In this document: piece by piece, positions 12,860 through 25,661 of the stretch
Numbering within the stretch: position 1 is the first letter of the stretch
How the letters are laid out: each line of letters begins with the position of its first letter
Assembly: GCA_013265495.1 (NCBI GenBank)
Contig: MU057880.1
Location: 526,527 to 590,526, forward strand
Source of the DNA: Vicugna vicugna
Lineage: Eukaryota
Length of the DNA: 64,000 nt
Reading direction: 5' to 3'
The notes under the pieces: generated by a model
The model's input: only the letters and a program-made list of their open reading frames with translations
The model's database searches: none
Told to the model about the DNA's origin: nothing
Made by a program: the position numbers and the translations under genes

Positions 12860-14680
12860 GACAAAGGAAATATTTAAAAGCAAATGGTGCTGATCTTTGA
12901 CAAAAGAGAAAAGACAGTACAATAGAGCAAAGACGGTCTCGTCAACAAATGGTCCCAGAATAAGTGGACCTCCACATGTGGAAGAAAAAAAAAAGTCTAG
13001 AAACAGTCTAGAAACAGACCTTCCACCATCCACAAAAATTAACTAAAAAAGGATCATAGACCTAAAGGTAGAACACAAACTATAAAATTCCTACAAGATA
13101 ATAAGAGAAAATGTAGATGCCTTGGGTACGGTGATGGCTTTTTAGATACAACACCAAAGATATGGTTCAAGAAATAACGAATAAGCTGGACCTCACTAGA
13201 ATTAAAAACTTCTGCTCTGTAAAGGACAGTATTATGAGAATTAGAAGACAAGCCACAGACTGGGGAAAAATATTTGCAAAAGACACATCTGATAAAGGAC
13301 CCTTACCCAAAATATACAAAGAACTCTTAAAACTCAACAATAAGACAAAACTTGATTTAAAAAATGGGCCAAAGACCTTAACAGAAATCTCACCGAAGAA
13401 GATACACAGATCAGTAACAGGCACAAGAAAAGATGCTCCACATCATACCTCATCAGGGAATGCAAATCAAAACAATGAGACACCACTGCACACCCATTAG
13501 GGAAGTCAGAATCTAAAACACCGACAACACCAAGTGCTGGTGAGGATGTGGAGCAACAGGAACTCTCATTCACTGCTGATGGAAAAGCAAAATGGTGCAG
13601 CCACTTTGGAAGACAGTGTGGTGTTTTCTTACAAAGCTAAACAAACTTCTACCTGACTACCCAGCAAACTCACTGCTTGGTGTACACTCAAAGCAGCTGA
13701 AAACTTAAGTCCACACAAACACCCGCACAGAGGTATTTACAGTGGCCTTTTTCATAACTGCCAAAACTTGGAAATCACCAAGATGTCCTTCGTGTATAAA
13801 TAAACTGTGGTGTGTCAAGACAAGGAAATATTATTCAGCACTAAAAAGAAACCAGCTATCAAGCCATAAAAAGACAGACTTTAAATGCATAATACTAAGT
13901 GAAAGAAGCCAATCTCCAATGCTGCAGACTAGGTATGATTCCCACTATATGACATTCTGGAAAAGGCAAAACTATGCAGACGGTGAAAGATCAGTGGTCG
14001 CTGTGAGGGAGGGTACAGAGACGGACAGGTTGAGTGCAGAGGAATTTCAGGGAAGAGAAAACACTCTGCATGATATAGTACTGATGGAAACACATCATTA
14101 TACATTTGTCCAAACCCATCTGTACAACATCAGGAGTGAACCCCAAGGCAAACTATAGATTTTGCATGAATATGATACGTCAATATAGGTTCATCCTTGG
14201 TTTAGAAAAAATAAAAGTACCATTCTAGTGAGTGAGGCTCCGTATCTGTGTGGGCAGAGATGGATGGGAAATTTCAGTATCTTTTCCTCAATTCTGCCAT
14301 AAACCTAAAACTGCTCTAAAAAATATTAAGTCTTAAGGAATAAAATTCTCCTGCAAGCTACAAGGAGAAACCTTGAAGACATTATGCTAAGTGCAATAAT
14401 TCCGTCACCAAAAGACAAGCACGGTACGATTCCGCTGATCTGAAGTCCCCAGGGCAGTCAACTTCCCAGACTGGGCGGGGACGGTGGGTGTCAGGGGCTG
14501 GGGACGGGAAGCGAGGAGCTGTGTTTAACGTGCGCGGAGCTCCAGCTGGGGAAGTCCCAGCTCCAGAGATGGACGGTGGCGATGCCTACATAAGGTTGGG
14601 GATGTATTTAATGCCACTGACTGTACACTTAAACATGGTTGGAAAGGCTAAATTTTAGTGTTACACGCAATTGATGACAC
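12860..14680 (+). mobile_element. Old L1 (L1M-type) ORF2 end and 3'UTR, probably two adjacent fragments (junction near 14345)
   Basis: Frameshifted ORF2-like peptides (e.g. RRQATDWGKIFAK) and typical L1M 3'UTR sequence. Confidence 0.85.
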
Positions 14681-15089
14681 ACACAAATGAAAAGGGCGAT
14701 CCAAGAACTAAATCATCAAGGTCTATACCTGTCACCCATTGAGCCCGTGTCCCAAGTGTCCCTGTGGCAGAAGCCCCCCTCCAGGAGGGTTTAAGTCAAA
14801 TCAGCCCCATGTTGACAGGGGCCCACATTTTAGATGAAGGTTCGCCTGTCTCTGCTGCTCATGTCTCCAGAAAAACGTGATACTTCTCTGCAGAAGGAAA
14901 CTCGCCTGATAGGGGAGGCCGACAGGTGAAGTGGAGAACCACACCCCTGCCAGGCGCCCCTGCCGTTCTGTGTTGAGACTCACATGATTTCTCTCGCCAC
15001 CTGGCCTTGTGCCCAAAACCTACATATTTTAAAACTCACGAGTGCAATACCTAAATTTTACCACCCATTCTACCCTGTACATTTCTGTT

Positions 15090-15232
15090 ATTTTTTTAAC
15101 ATTTCTTTTTTTGGGGGGGTAGGTAATTAGGTTTATTTGCTTATTTATTTTTAGAGGAGGTACTGGGGATTGAACCCAGGACCTTGCGCATGCTAAGCAT
15201 GCTCTCTACTGCTTGAGCCACACCCTCTCCCG
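15090..15232 (-). mobile_element. Vic-1-type SINE
   Basis: gaggtactggggattgaacccaggacc...gctaagcatg; flanking cc(c/t)tgtacatt repeats. Confidence 0.85.
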
Positions 15233-17939
15233 ACCTTGTACATTGAAATACAATTATACTAGGTTACTATGTGCCAAACACTGCTTAAGAAATGAAATAC
15301 AAACTGGGGATTTAGGAGGATCCCATAGTATAGATTTTACACAAACAAACATAAATCACACTGAGCCTGAATTTGGGGTACGTTTACCCTGTTCCTTAAC
15401 CACCTGGATTCAGCAAGTAGCATTAAATAGATCCAGCTGGAGAAAGGACCATGTAGCAACTTGCTGCCTGTGTAAGGAACATCTAATGACTTGCAAATTA
15501 TCAGTAACAAAGACCCAAAAGATCGAGATTACATACACACTTCAAGAAATTACTTAATATAAAACCTTCCCAAGCTACAGTGAGAACCACTGCATTCATT
15601 CACTTTTTCCAACTAAAGTATTCCCTTTCTAATTACTATGAAATTGAGAAAAATGGTCTGTTCTCAGTAATTATTAACCACATTTACGATTAATATGTGT
15701 TTATTTATTTATAATATCTATAGTGTTTATCCATAGATCTCCATTTGCTTTACAAACATTTAATTAAGCTTGGTCAAAACCCAAGGGAATCAATAAAATA
15801 AAGCATTCATCTTTCACAGAAAAATAAACTGTGTAAGATTAAAGAGTTAGTACACAAAATAGAACTCCGGGTTTCTATTTCATTTCCTTTACTTACTCAC
15901 TATCCAGACACTGACTTTTCCCTCTCTTCCCCCTACCCTAGAGGAAACACTATAGAGGTTGGAGGAAATATGTGGGAGAGGCAGGAAGAATTTCTTCTTC
16001 GATACTGGGAACAAAATGTTCTACAAATCTGATTCCCAATGTTTTATTGTTCACCAAAGAGAAGACATCTAAAGACGCTATTTTCTATATGACCAGACCA
16101 AATCCATTAAGTACTAAGCCAACGCAAAACACAGTTACCGTGCTCGGTATGGTCAGAAGTTTCACTTCTCTTTTCCTAAACCCAATACATCCCCCCATTA
16201 GCATTATGATATCTTTCTTTAAAAAATATGATTATCTGACAAATTCTTCACATGGTAACTCAACTCCTCGTTTCACATCATCTAGCCCAGCCCCAGGGGA
16301 ACCTCAGACAGGCGTTCCCCCGCCCCATTACGCGCACACACACCCTCCTCACAGAGGAGATCCAGGCTAGAATTTTTTTTTCTACTTTGACCAATAAAAC
16401 GGTACTTCACATTCATTATCAAAATTATTTAATTATGAAATAAAAGGAGAGATACCAACACCAGGCCTGATACATAATAAGTGTTGAATAAATGTCTGAG
16501 TTTAATTTAAATACGGGCTTTAGACATACTAGGAATCGTGACTTGAATTAGCACTTTGTATCAGAAAGAGCTGAGAGTCCAAGAAAGATTACCCAGCTAC
16601 ACTCTAAAGACAGGTTCCAAAGACATCCTGGGGCTATTTTTTCTTTAATAGCAAAGTACCTGACTACAAACTGTTTATGTTGCACCTGATTCCTAACTGG
16701 AACACTAATGTAACCTACCTGTAATAACCATGCTCAATATTTACACAGACCGTGTTAGAAGAGGAAGATTAAAGAATGGCACGAAATGGAGACATGCAGA
16801 AAAACCAATAAAAATAAGCCTATAAGTCAGTAAGAAATTCCAACATAAAGATTGGGGGTTTTCAAAATGCACTTATTTGAAAAACAAACAGACTTTAACG
16901 GCTGATTTAACAAAGCTTACCTCATTCCCCAGAACCTGTTTTAAGAAAAGACCAGACTTCATCTCCAAACACTCAAGGTTCAGAGGCGGAGTCCTTGCAC
17001 ACGGGCTGCAAATCATTTCACCGCTTCTTCTCAGGGCCGGGCCTCAGCGTGGCTCCTGACTTCAGTATTTCATTGAGCAACATTCCAAATGTTAATACAG
17101 ATGACTATCTTCATCACTAATTTGGCACGTGACCTAGTCCCTTATGATGAATGTTTGCACGAGCACCATAAATTGTTAATTATCCCTTGATTTTTAACAC
17201 AAAGAGACATATTGGCCAGAAATATTGGAATATGGAATGTAATACTGGAAATACAGGAATGTAAGTGCACTGAAGGTGGGGACCACACCACATTATTTTA
17301 TTTCTCTGATACTGTTGGTGATAAATTATGTTTCATCCCTAGTACTCCACACACAGCAACTGCTCAAAGAATGAAGGCAGAAGTGATTCCACTTAAACTT
17401 TTTCAAAAGTAAGCTGTGAAGTATTATCACACTGGCTTTAAGATGAGGAGACAGGCAAAGGGCAGTTAGTTGTGCAACCTAAAAAGATGTCCAACGTGCT
17501 TGCTGACAAAATTCGGTGTTTTAAACAACTTGGCAGGTGCAAAGGGCAGGTGAAAATCAGCAAATCTAAATGTAATGGGGATAAATACAAACACCTCCAG
17601 GTGTACCATGCAAACGCCACACGTGCAAGCACAGGGCAGGGAGACGAGGCTGGAGGCCCGATTCACGGTGGGGCGGGTTGAGGCGGGAAGGGTTACCTGG
17701 CAGAGCGAGCAGGCCTAAAACGCTATGCGAGTCGATGCACGAGGACTTAACGCCCTAACGTCATGTCAGGCCACACCCAGACACACAAGGTCCGGAGCAG
17801 GGAAGACGGGAGGTTCTGCTGCAGCCTGCACTGCAGGGCCTGGCAGGGCTGCCTGTACTTCACAGCAGCCCGTCCACAGTGAGTAACTGTGACGTCCCAA
17901 ACGGCAGAAAACCTGCATGATTAAGGTGTTCAGAAAAGT

Positions 17940-18355
17940 TCTAAGAAGTGAGGAATGTGTAACCTGGAGAAGAGGCTTAACAGAGCAGGTCTCTTTAAAT
18001 AACCTGCAGCATGGTTACATGAAAATGGAATATGAATATTCATTTGTTGCTTTAAAAGATACCTAGAACCATAAACGAAACAGAGAGGCACAGTTCAGCT
18101 AAACATCAGGAAGTTTCTTCAGAATTAGGTCTTTCCTACAATAAACAAGAACCACTGAGATGTACAAAACCCTCACTTTGTACCAGGCAGTAGGGGACAA
18201 TTTTGACACACGTGATGTATGGACTGTCTTGCAAATATCAGTGCTAAGTGTAATTAAAGATCTTAGAGCAGAGGATGCCAGTGATGACGCAGAAAAAACA
18301 GATAAATTGTATTTAGTGGATTGACTGGGAGACTCCTCAAATCTTTTCAAGTTAA
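17940..18355 (+). mobile_element. Highly degenerate L3/CR1-like fragment
   Basis: aacctggagaagaggct...aggaagtttctt... resembles a CR1/L3 3' region; weak similarity. Confidence 0.35.
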
Positions 18356-21300
18356 GGTCATCTTCCGGGAACACGGCTGTTCCCAAACACGGGCTGCAGC
18401 AAGGCGGGAGGAGGGGTAAAATGGCTCAGAACGACAGAAGGAGAGAGGCCAGCTGAACGGAACTGAATCAACCACGGGATAAGAGTTCCTGGTGGTAACT
18501 GCCCTTTATTCCGAGATCCCTGTCATCCTACTTTGGTGGTTGGAGAGGGATAATAAAATGCCCTTACTTCTTAAAAATAACAGTAATAACCAAACAATAG
18601 TTTAGAGGTTTTCTTTTTATCATCCCTCACTTTGCAAATTCAGTGTTTCCAAACTTAGAAAAAGGTAAGTAAAGGGTGATTTTCTTAATGGTGCCAATCA
18701 TCTGAATTAAAAGTTGTACATAACTAGAAAATCAGTTTTATAGAAGGTTTTTAACCCCTCTGAAATCATTTAATATATGTTTTCAATATTATTAAATATC
18801 ACCAACACACTTCCAGTGTTTTCTGGTGCAGAAGCTAATAGTTTCAAGATGATTTTTTTCCTTTAATCTCTAAAAACGACTACTTATAGACAACTCTAAG
18901 TTGTGCTGGTTCATTAGTCGTACTAACAAAAGATCTTCTAGCAAGATTTGGCTTGTTACTTACAATATGAGTGGACCTAACATTTAAAATACACCAATTA
19001 ATGACACAGTCATCCTTTGTTATGTAATGGTGCTAATTAGCACTGAAAACCCTTTTCTGTATTGGGATGAGGTAGAAAGGTTAAAAGGGGAAACAATGCT
19101 GTGCTTTATTGGTGAGAGATGCGAGGTTCAAAAAGGGAAAACCTAACTGCAACAGAAAAGACTGATGAGTCAATCGAAGCCCAGCCCACACTCGGGTCCA
19201 TCTCTTTCAAAGGTACTTAACTAGTCGGCATTAAAGTGGCTGAATTATTTGATATATCTCTTTTAGATCAAACTTAAAGTGTAAGTAACATAAAAGCAAT
19301 GTATGTTAAATTCACTTTCAAAATATACTGATTTTATGTGTCGAGAACAGAAAAGACCTGTGTCTTTGTTTGGCTTTGCCTGAGGGACCATGAATGTTGA
19401 ACATGTCACTTGACACCCTGACCTTAGGATGTTTATCTCCTAACTGGAGACACCATCACGGAGCCTTCAGAACTGTAGAAAGTTCTGACTGACGAAAAAA
19501 CAGCAGCCATCTGGTATATATCATAAGCCTTCAATAAGGGTCAACCTTATTCCTTCCAAGATAGTCTAAAAACTCAAGTAGCGCTGAAGGGTTGGCCAAC
19601 CCCCTCATTAACGCCGGACAGACGGCCAGGATTAACCCCCTTACGCAGATACCCTTGTATAGAATTGTTAACGCAGGCGGATCTATGATGCCTCTCCTAG
19701 AAATATTAAGTGATGCTAATTCTAGGAGTTGGACCCAAAGACAGCAGCACAGAACCAAGATACTGCTGACCCCCTGCTGCAGGAGCACAGCCCTGTGCAC
19801 AAGGCACACGATGACCAGCACATGAGATGCTCTGAGCTTTCAAAGACTCAAGTGACCCTGCAGGAATTTAATTTTTAACAAACACGTTCTCATTTTTAAA
19901 ATCTGATGTCTTCAAACAAATAGCAAAAGGTGTAAGTTTTCACAATGATCCAATCATCTCCATTGTAAAAGAAAAGGGGCAGGTTTTATACAAGGCAGCA
20001 TTCATCCGCAGACTTCACTGCTAGGAACAGAGCTGGGACCGCCCCTCTGATGTCATTAAATATATTCCAGACAGGAAATGCTTCCAAGTAAATTTGCCTG
20101 GAAAATAATTAAACATAGACGATTGTCTCAACATAGAAAATATTTTAGATGCCACAGAAATTTTTTAAATGTTCTCTTGAACAAGGAGCCAGTCGTCCAG
20201 TATGACCACATGAGCTTAACATGACATATTCCATCTTCCTTTTCATAAATGAATAAACAAACCACACATCTGATGTCTCCCACTCCTTAAAACCTCTGAG
20301 AAGGCAGAGTATTTTACCCATTCATATTTTAGTTGCACTCTGAAATTTTCAATTACTGCCATGCTGATATTTTAAAAGGATAATACTAGAATATTTAATT
20401 GTATATATCAGACAATTACAATTATTAGAACTGCTCACAACTGGCCCGGAGATTTATTTCCTGATTGTGCCCTCAAGTCACAGTTCACAGTATGAACACA
20501 TAACCATAAACCTATAATGAAACACTGAACAGAGTAACGAGCCTTCACGCATTCGTTCTACACTTGACTCCAAGACAAAGTGGGACAGGACAGGAAACAA
20601 GAAATCAGGTATGACCTTCAGAAATCATCCTGGTTAGTTCAACAGTGTGGTAGACATAAGCAAAATGTGCTGGGCATTATATGAAATGCTTCCTAAAAAA
20701 TTCCCTTAGAGCAAACATACAAAACCTGTTTTTCCTGATGGCTTGTATTTTACGGGTAACGTAAAGCAAAATAAAATCTGCTGGACCAAAATTTTTAAAC
20801 ATACCATTCGATACAGTGGGATTTATAAAGACAAAATCCAAAACTAGTAGATATTAACATTACACAAAATAGTAGAAAGCACGGCATTTACAATAAAGGT
20901 AAAAGTACAGTAGGGAAGAAAATGAGACCAGTATTCAAAGGGGAAATTTCTCTAAGTGAGAAGTGATGCATGAATCCATTGTGACCACTAACCCCACAGA
21001 ATATTCACACTCATCTCAGCTTTTACCAAAGCACCCCCACCGCCTGAGACCCGGGAGCAGGGGCGCCACTTCCAGCCCCTCCCGAAGGCAGCCCTGCCCT
21101 TCCAGACAGTCTCCTGCAGCAGCTGACGGCCGACCCACACATTCCCAGAGCACAATCGTGAGTACCGAGCCACACTCTGTGATGACAAAGGAAACTGGCC
21201 ACTAGTGTCTCAACAAAAGCAAGACAAGTGGAAACATCTGAAAATAGCATATTTATTTAGACAAAAAAAGCAAACAAAAAGAGCCAGTAAAAAGAGAGAG

Positions 21301-21581
21301 AGAGAAAGCTACTCGAAGTAGAGCCTAACAAAGACAGAATCCTGGAAAAACAGTACAAAGGTTTGAGAAGAAGTTTTAAATACATTGCTAGGTATTGGTT
21401 ATTTATTTTGCACTATCAAACTGAAACAATTTGTAATAGATCACCCAAAAGATGTTGTTGAAACTACTGAGGGTGGTGATCTTTTTTGGAGGGTATGCGG
21501 GAGGGTGAGGATAGCAAACACTAGTCTTATTGGTATTAGCGGAAAACCAAAAGCTCACTTTTAAAAGTTACCCAGTATCAG

Positions 21582-21692
21582 AGTGGCGGGGTATAGCCAG
21601 TGGTAGGGTGCATGCTCGGCGTGCACAAGGTCCGGGTTCAATCCCCAGTGCCTCCGTTAAGGGGGAATAAAATTTAAAAATAAAAAAATAAT
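21582..21692 (+). mobile_element. Vic-1-type SINE
   Basis: ggggtatagccagtggtag...ggttcaatccccagtgcctcc plus A-rich tail. Confidence 0.8.
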
Positions 21693-22227
21693 TGTTACCT
21701 CACAGACGCGTTACAGTTATGACTAAATCACACTTTCATGACACAAATTTTTGCATAAAAATTGTAAGTATTTTCTAATTCCACATAATGGCTCATAAAT
21801 ATCTTAATAGAGAAGGGGAGTCAGAGAACTTTCTGGAGGGGAGAGGGGAAGGGACTTCAAAAATAAAATTCCTAAAGAGAAAAATGCTCTAAATGAGAAA
21901 TGCTGAATCAATTATGTAAAAGTATCTATCTTTAAAGATTGCTACAGTAACTACAAAATGGATTGCTGGTAACCATCCAGTACAGTTAATGTATTTAGAA
22001 CACAATTATTTAATGTAAAGCATTTTTAAATTCTTCTGATTCCACGCCAAGTTAGTTTGGGACCTTCCCATTTCCTCCCGGTTTCTACAAGGAAATTGAG
22101 CACAAGACGGAAAGGAAGCAAGGGAGGAACAAGGTCGGAGCCCAGGTCAGGGCCGCCCCCGGGCATGCCCTCGGAGTGCTCACCCTCACCGGGGCGCACC
22201 TGGGGTTTTCATGGAACACTCTTTCAT

Positions 22228-22332
22228 TTTTTCTTTTTTTTTTTTTAGTTTTGATGGAGATCCTGGTGATTGAACCCAGGACCTTATGCATGCTAAGCAA
22301 ACATTCTACCACTGAGCTATACCCCCACCTCC
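22228..22332 (-). mobile_element. Vic-1-type SINE inserted in a Charlie element
   Basis: gattgaacccaggacc...ctaccactgagctatacccc; flanking repeats catggaac(a/c)ctcttt. Confidence 0.85.
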
Positions 22333-23267
22333 CATGGAACCCTCTTTTTATGTGAAAGAATAAATAGTGGACAAACTGTGGCTATTCAGACTTGGGTATC
22401 TGGTAGGTATTTTCTTGAAAATGAACAAACTGAGCTTTTCACTTCGAGAAAAACAGCTGACGGCACTTTGGCAAGGATAAAATTTTAGCTTTCTAGTCAA
22501 AATTAGCCTTTTGGAAAACGTATATCCAACACCAAAAATTTGACAGCTTCCCAATAATTAAAGCCTTTTTTAATGAGACAGTAGTGATAGTAACAAATAT
22601 GATTTTTTTTGATACTGAATATAACATGCCAAAATTTGGAAGACCTAAATTCAGTGACCAACATGTGATGTTAAAAACTCACGCGTGAGCAGAAAGACTC
22701 ACTCTGTCTGTAAGACCAATGGGTTTTGATAAAAGAAAAATTTAAAAATCTCACCAATGTGAGCTTTTCCTCCTGCAACTGAATCTTTAAGGAATTACCA
22801 CTTGTCAAATTTTGGTGCAGTGTATCAGTAAGACTATTTGAAGAGGCTGTTCAGAATATCCCTCCCTTTTCCAACTGCCTGTCTGTGTAAGGCACAGACT
22901 TGTTTCATGTACTTTACACACTCCAGCCAGAGGAGCTGCTCACAACAGACTGAACACGGACACAGGTAAGAGTCCTCTACTGGGCCAGACGTTCAGCGTA
23001 TTTGCAAAACTATAAAACACGACCACTCCGCTTACGAATTTTTTTGTTTTGTAAATAGTTATTTTTCACTAAAAAGAAAACCTTTATGTTAACGGATGAT
23101 GGGTTTATTATTTTTAACTAATCAACAAATATATATTTTTCAGTTTCTCAGTTTCAATTTCTAACATGTAATAATAATTCATGTAAACGAAAGCTGGCTG
23201 GAGCCTTCAAAAGGTTTTCAGAGTGTAAAGGAGGAGTTCCGAGATGGAAAAGTTTGACACCTGCTGC
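22333..23267 (+). mobile_element. hAT-Charlie1-like DNA transposon remnant
   Basis: ttcagacttgggtatctgg...aaaatgaacaaactgagc internal sequence and terminus gagatggaaaagtttgacacctgctg, resembling the Charlie1 3' end. Confidence 0.7.
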
Positions 23268-23600
23268 TCTAAGCGATGAACTAGAAAATCATCAGCCTCT
23301 TGGCTCTTTTTCAGAATCGTGCCAGCAGCTGTCCTTAGATTCCTCTGAGACAAAACCCTGTAAAATACTACCTCAGCTGAACCTTCTCACAACTTAACCT
23401 ACCTGCAGTCAGTACCGATACTAAAGTCAGTACCGGAGGTTAGGCAAACGATCGTCCCGAGCAGAAATGAGGAGACTGAAGCTATCAAGTGCTCATCAGG
23501 GATGTCCACTGTCAAGGGCACATTACCATCAAGGGTACCAATGAGGCCCAAGTACTCTCTGCATCACGGTTGGCTGGCATGTGCTTATTTCCTAAACAGG

Positions 23601-23744
23601 TGGCGGGGGTTGGGGGGTATAGCTCAGTGGTAGAGCACATGCCTAGCAGGCATGAGGTCCTGGGTTCAATTCCCAGTACCTCCACTGAAAAAAAAAAGTA
23701 ACTAAACCTAGTAATTATCTCCTCCCCACCCCGCCCCCCCCCAA
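23601..23744 (+). mobile_element. Vic-1-type SINE
   Basis: ggggtatagctcagtggtagagcacatgcctagc...ggttcaattcccagtacctcc. Confidence 0.85.
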
Positions 23745-25640
23745 AATATGGACAAAATGATCTTCCTTCTAAAAGCTTTCCTGAATATTCCAAAATTCCT
23801 GATGATTCAAACAGCTTTTTTGACGGTTCAGTTTAAAAGTTTGCATAAAGAAATGGACAGAAAGTAGAAGGATGCCAGTATCAGTGAAAGGGAAATGTTA
23901 TGGCTTATTTTGCGATTTTAACCTTATTTTCTAACACCCGTAAATGTCTTCTGGATTGTACCAAAACCACAGGTGACCAATTATGACTGCAATCTGCACA
24001 GACACCTGAGTAAAAGTCAAGTCAACCTGAGTATTTTCTTTTTCATCTTCAAACCTTTCCCTTTGGAATTACTCGCTTATCGCTTGTTCCAATTAACAGT
24101 TCGCTTTTCAGCCTCAGCCCACTCTGCGATCGTGGGATTTCTCCCCTGGGCCAGCAACTCTAAACTCCACACCAAATCCCACTGCCACCTCTGTCCCACT
24201 TGAAAGAGAGAAAGGGAGACTTAAGGAAAAAATAAGGCTACTTGACGCCACTCTAAGCCCATGAGAAACGGCTCTAATGCAAACAATTGTTCAGCAAGGC
24301 TTTTTTTTAATACATTCTATAATTATTTTTTCCAAAATATCAAAAAAAGTCTTCAGTCTACGTGTAATTTTAAAAATCACAAAGGCTACGAGGTACATCT
24401 GTCAGCTGGGCATGTGCAGATCACTCAAAAGTCTACTACCGATATTCTTAATACTACTGAACTGTACACTTGAGAATGGTTACGAGGATACATTTAATGT
24501 TTTTTAATAAAATTACATGTTTTTTATAAAAAAAGAAAAAAATGAATTATGCACTTTAAATGGGTAAATTGCATGGTATGTGAGTTACAACTCAATAAAG
24601 CTGTTTTTTTTAAATATGTAAGTTTGTTCCTAATCAGTTTTTTTAAAAATAAGGGTGGGGGAGTTTGCTATTGAGATATGGATAATGATTAATTTTTTGA
24701 GAGACTAAGGAGGAAAATTTATTTACGTAAGTATATACAAAATAGTTGGCATTTTAAAATTATTTTAATATGAATAGTTAAAACTTTCTTTTCACAAGTG
24801 ATGTAAACCTAACAGCCATACATTGAATAACATGCTAAAGTTTCTTCCGAAGTTCAGTCAGCAGTATCTTCTAGCTAATAGAAAGGTATTTTAAGTTAAT
24901 TATGTTTTAACACAGGATTCAAACTCAAAAGAGAACATTTCTAGTCACCCAATATTTCAAATAGTGAAAACAGATAACTGAGAACTGATAACTTAATTGT
25001 AAAAAGGTCAATTCAGCACTGCTGGGAAACAGGTCTGAATATCACAGTGGATTTTCCCAAAGAGAGGAGACACTTCTCAAACCAGCACGAAGCACTGCGA
25101 AATCTCATGACAGAGAAAAAAAAGAAATGAAAAAAGAAAAACATAAGAAACGAAACAGCTAAAGATGAAAGGACCTCTGCTGCTGAGACGAAAAGCTAAA
25201 TTTTAGCCAAGTGTATTTAGAACGTGAACAGGCACAGAGAGCCACCAGTGTTCACCATCAGAGGCAGGACAAAGTGGCAGTGATCTTTCTGACAAATAAA
25301 TTGCTTGAAATACTGCATGACTTGCTACACAACACCCTTATTACTTTCAATTTCCAAGTGCAACCAAAAGATGGGTCCAATTATGACATCAATACAAGCT
25401 TTCTTTCAGAAGGGAATGAAAGAGCAGTCACTCCCACTGGGCACGGGAGCTCGGCGGCAGCGATGATGTCACAGATAAAAATAGACACCCTCCAACAGAA
25501 GCTGCAACGCGTGTCAACAGCACACTGCACACGGCTCTCAGCTGCCTGGCGTGGATGTGCAAGGCGTGCTGTTAACAGAGCAAGATCAATCACTTTCTGT
25601 TCTGCACTAGTCCCTGATTTCACTTCAGTTTCTAACATAC

Positions 25641-25661
25641 CCTACAGCGTCCTCTCTCCAT
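25641..25661 (-). CDS. Candidate 21-nt RAPGEF2 exon (MERGRCR)
   Basis: tttatacag|ATGGAGAGAGGACGCTGTAGG|gtatgt, phase 0, directly downstream of a CpG-rich patch (about 25700-25850). No homology support. Confidence 0.35.
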
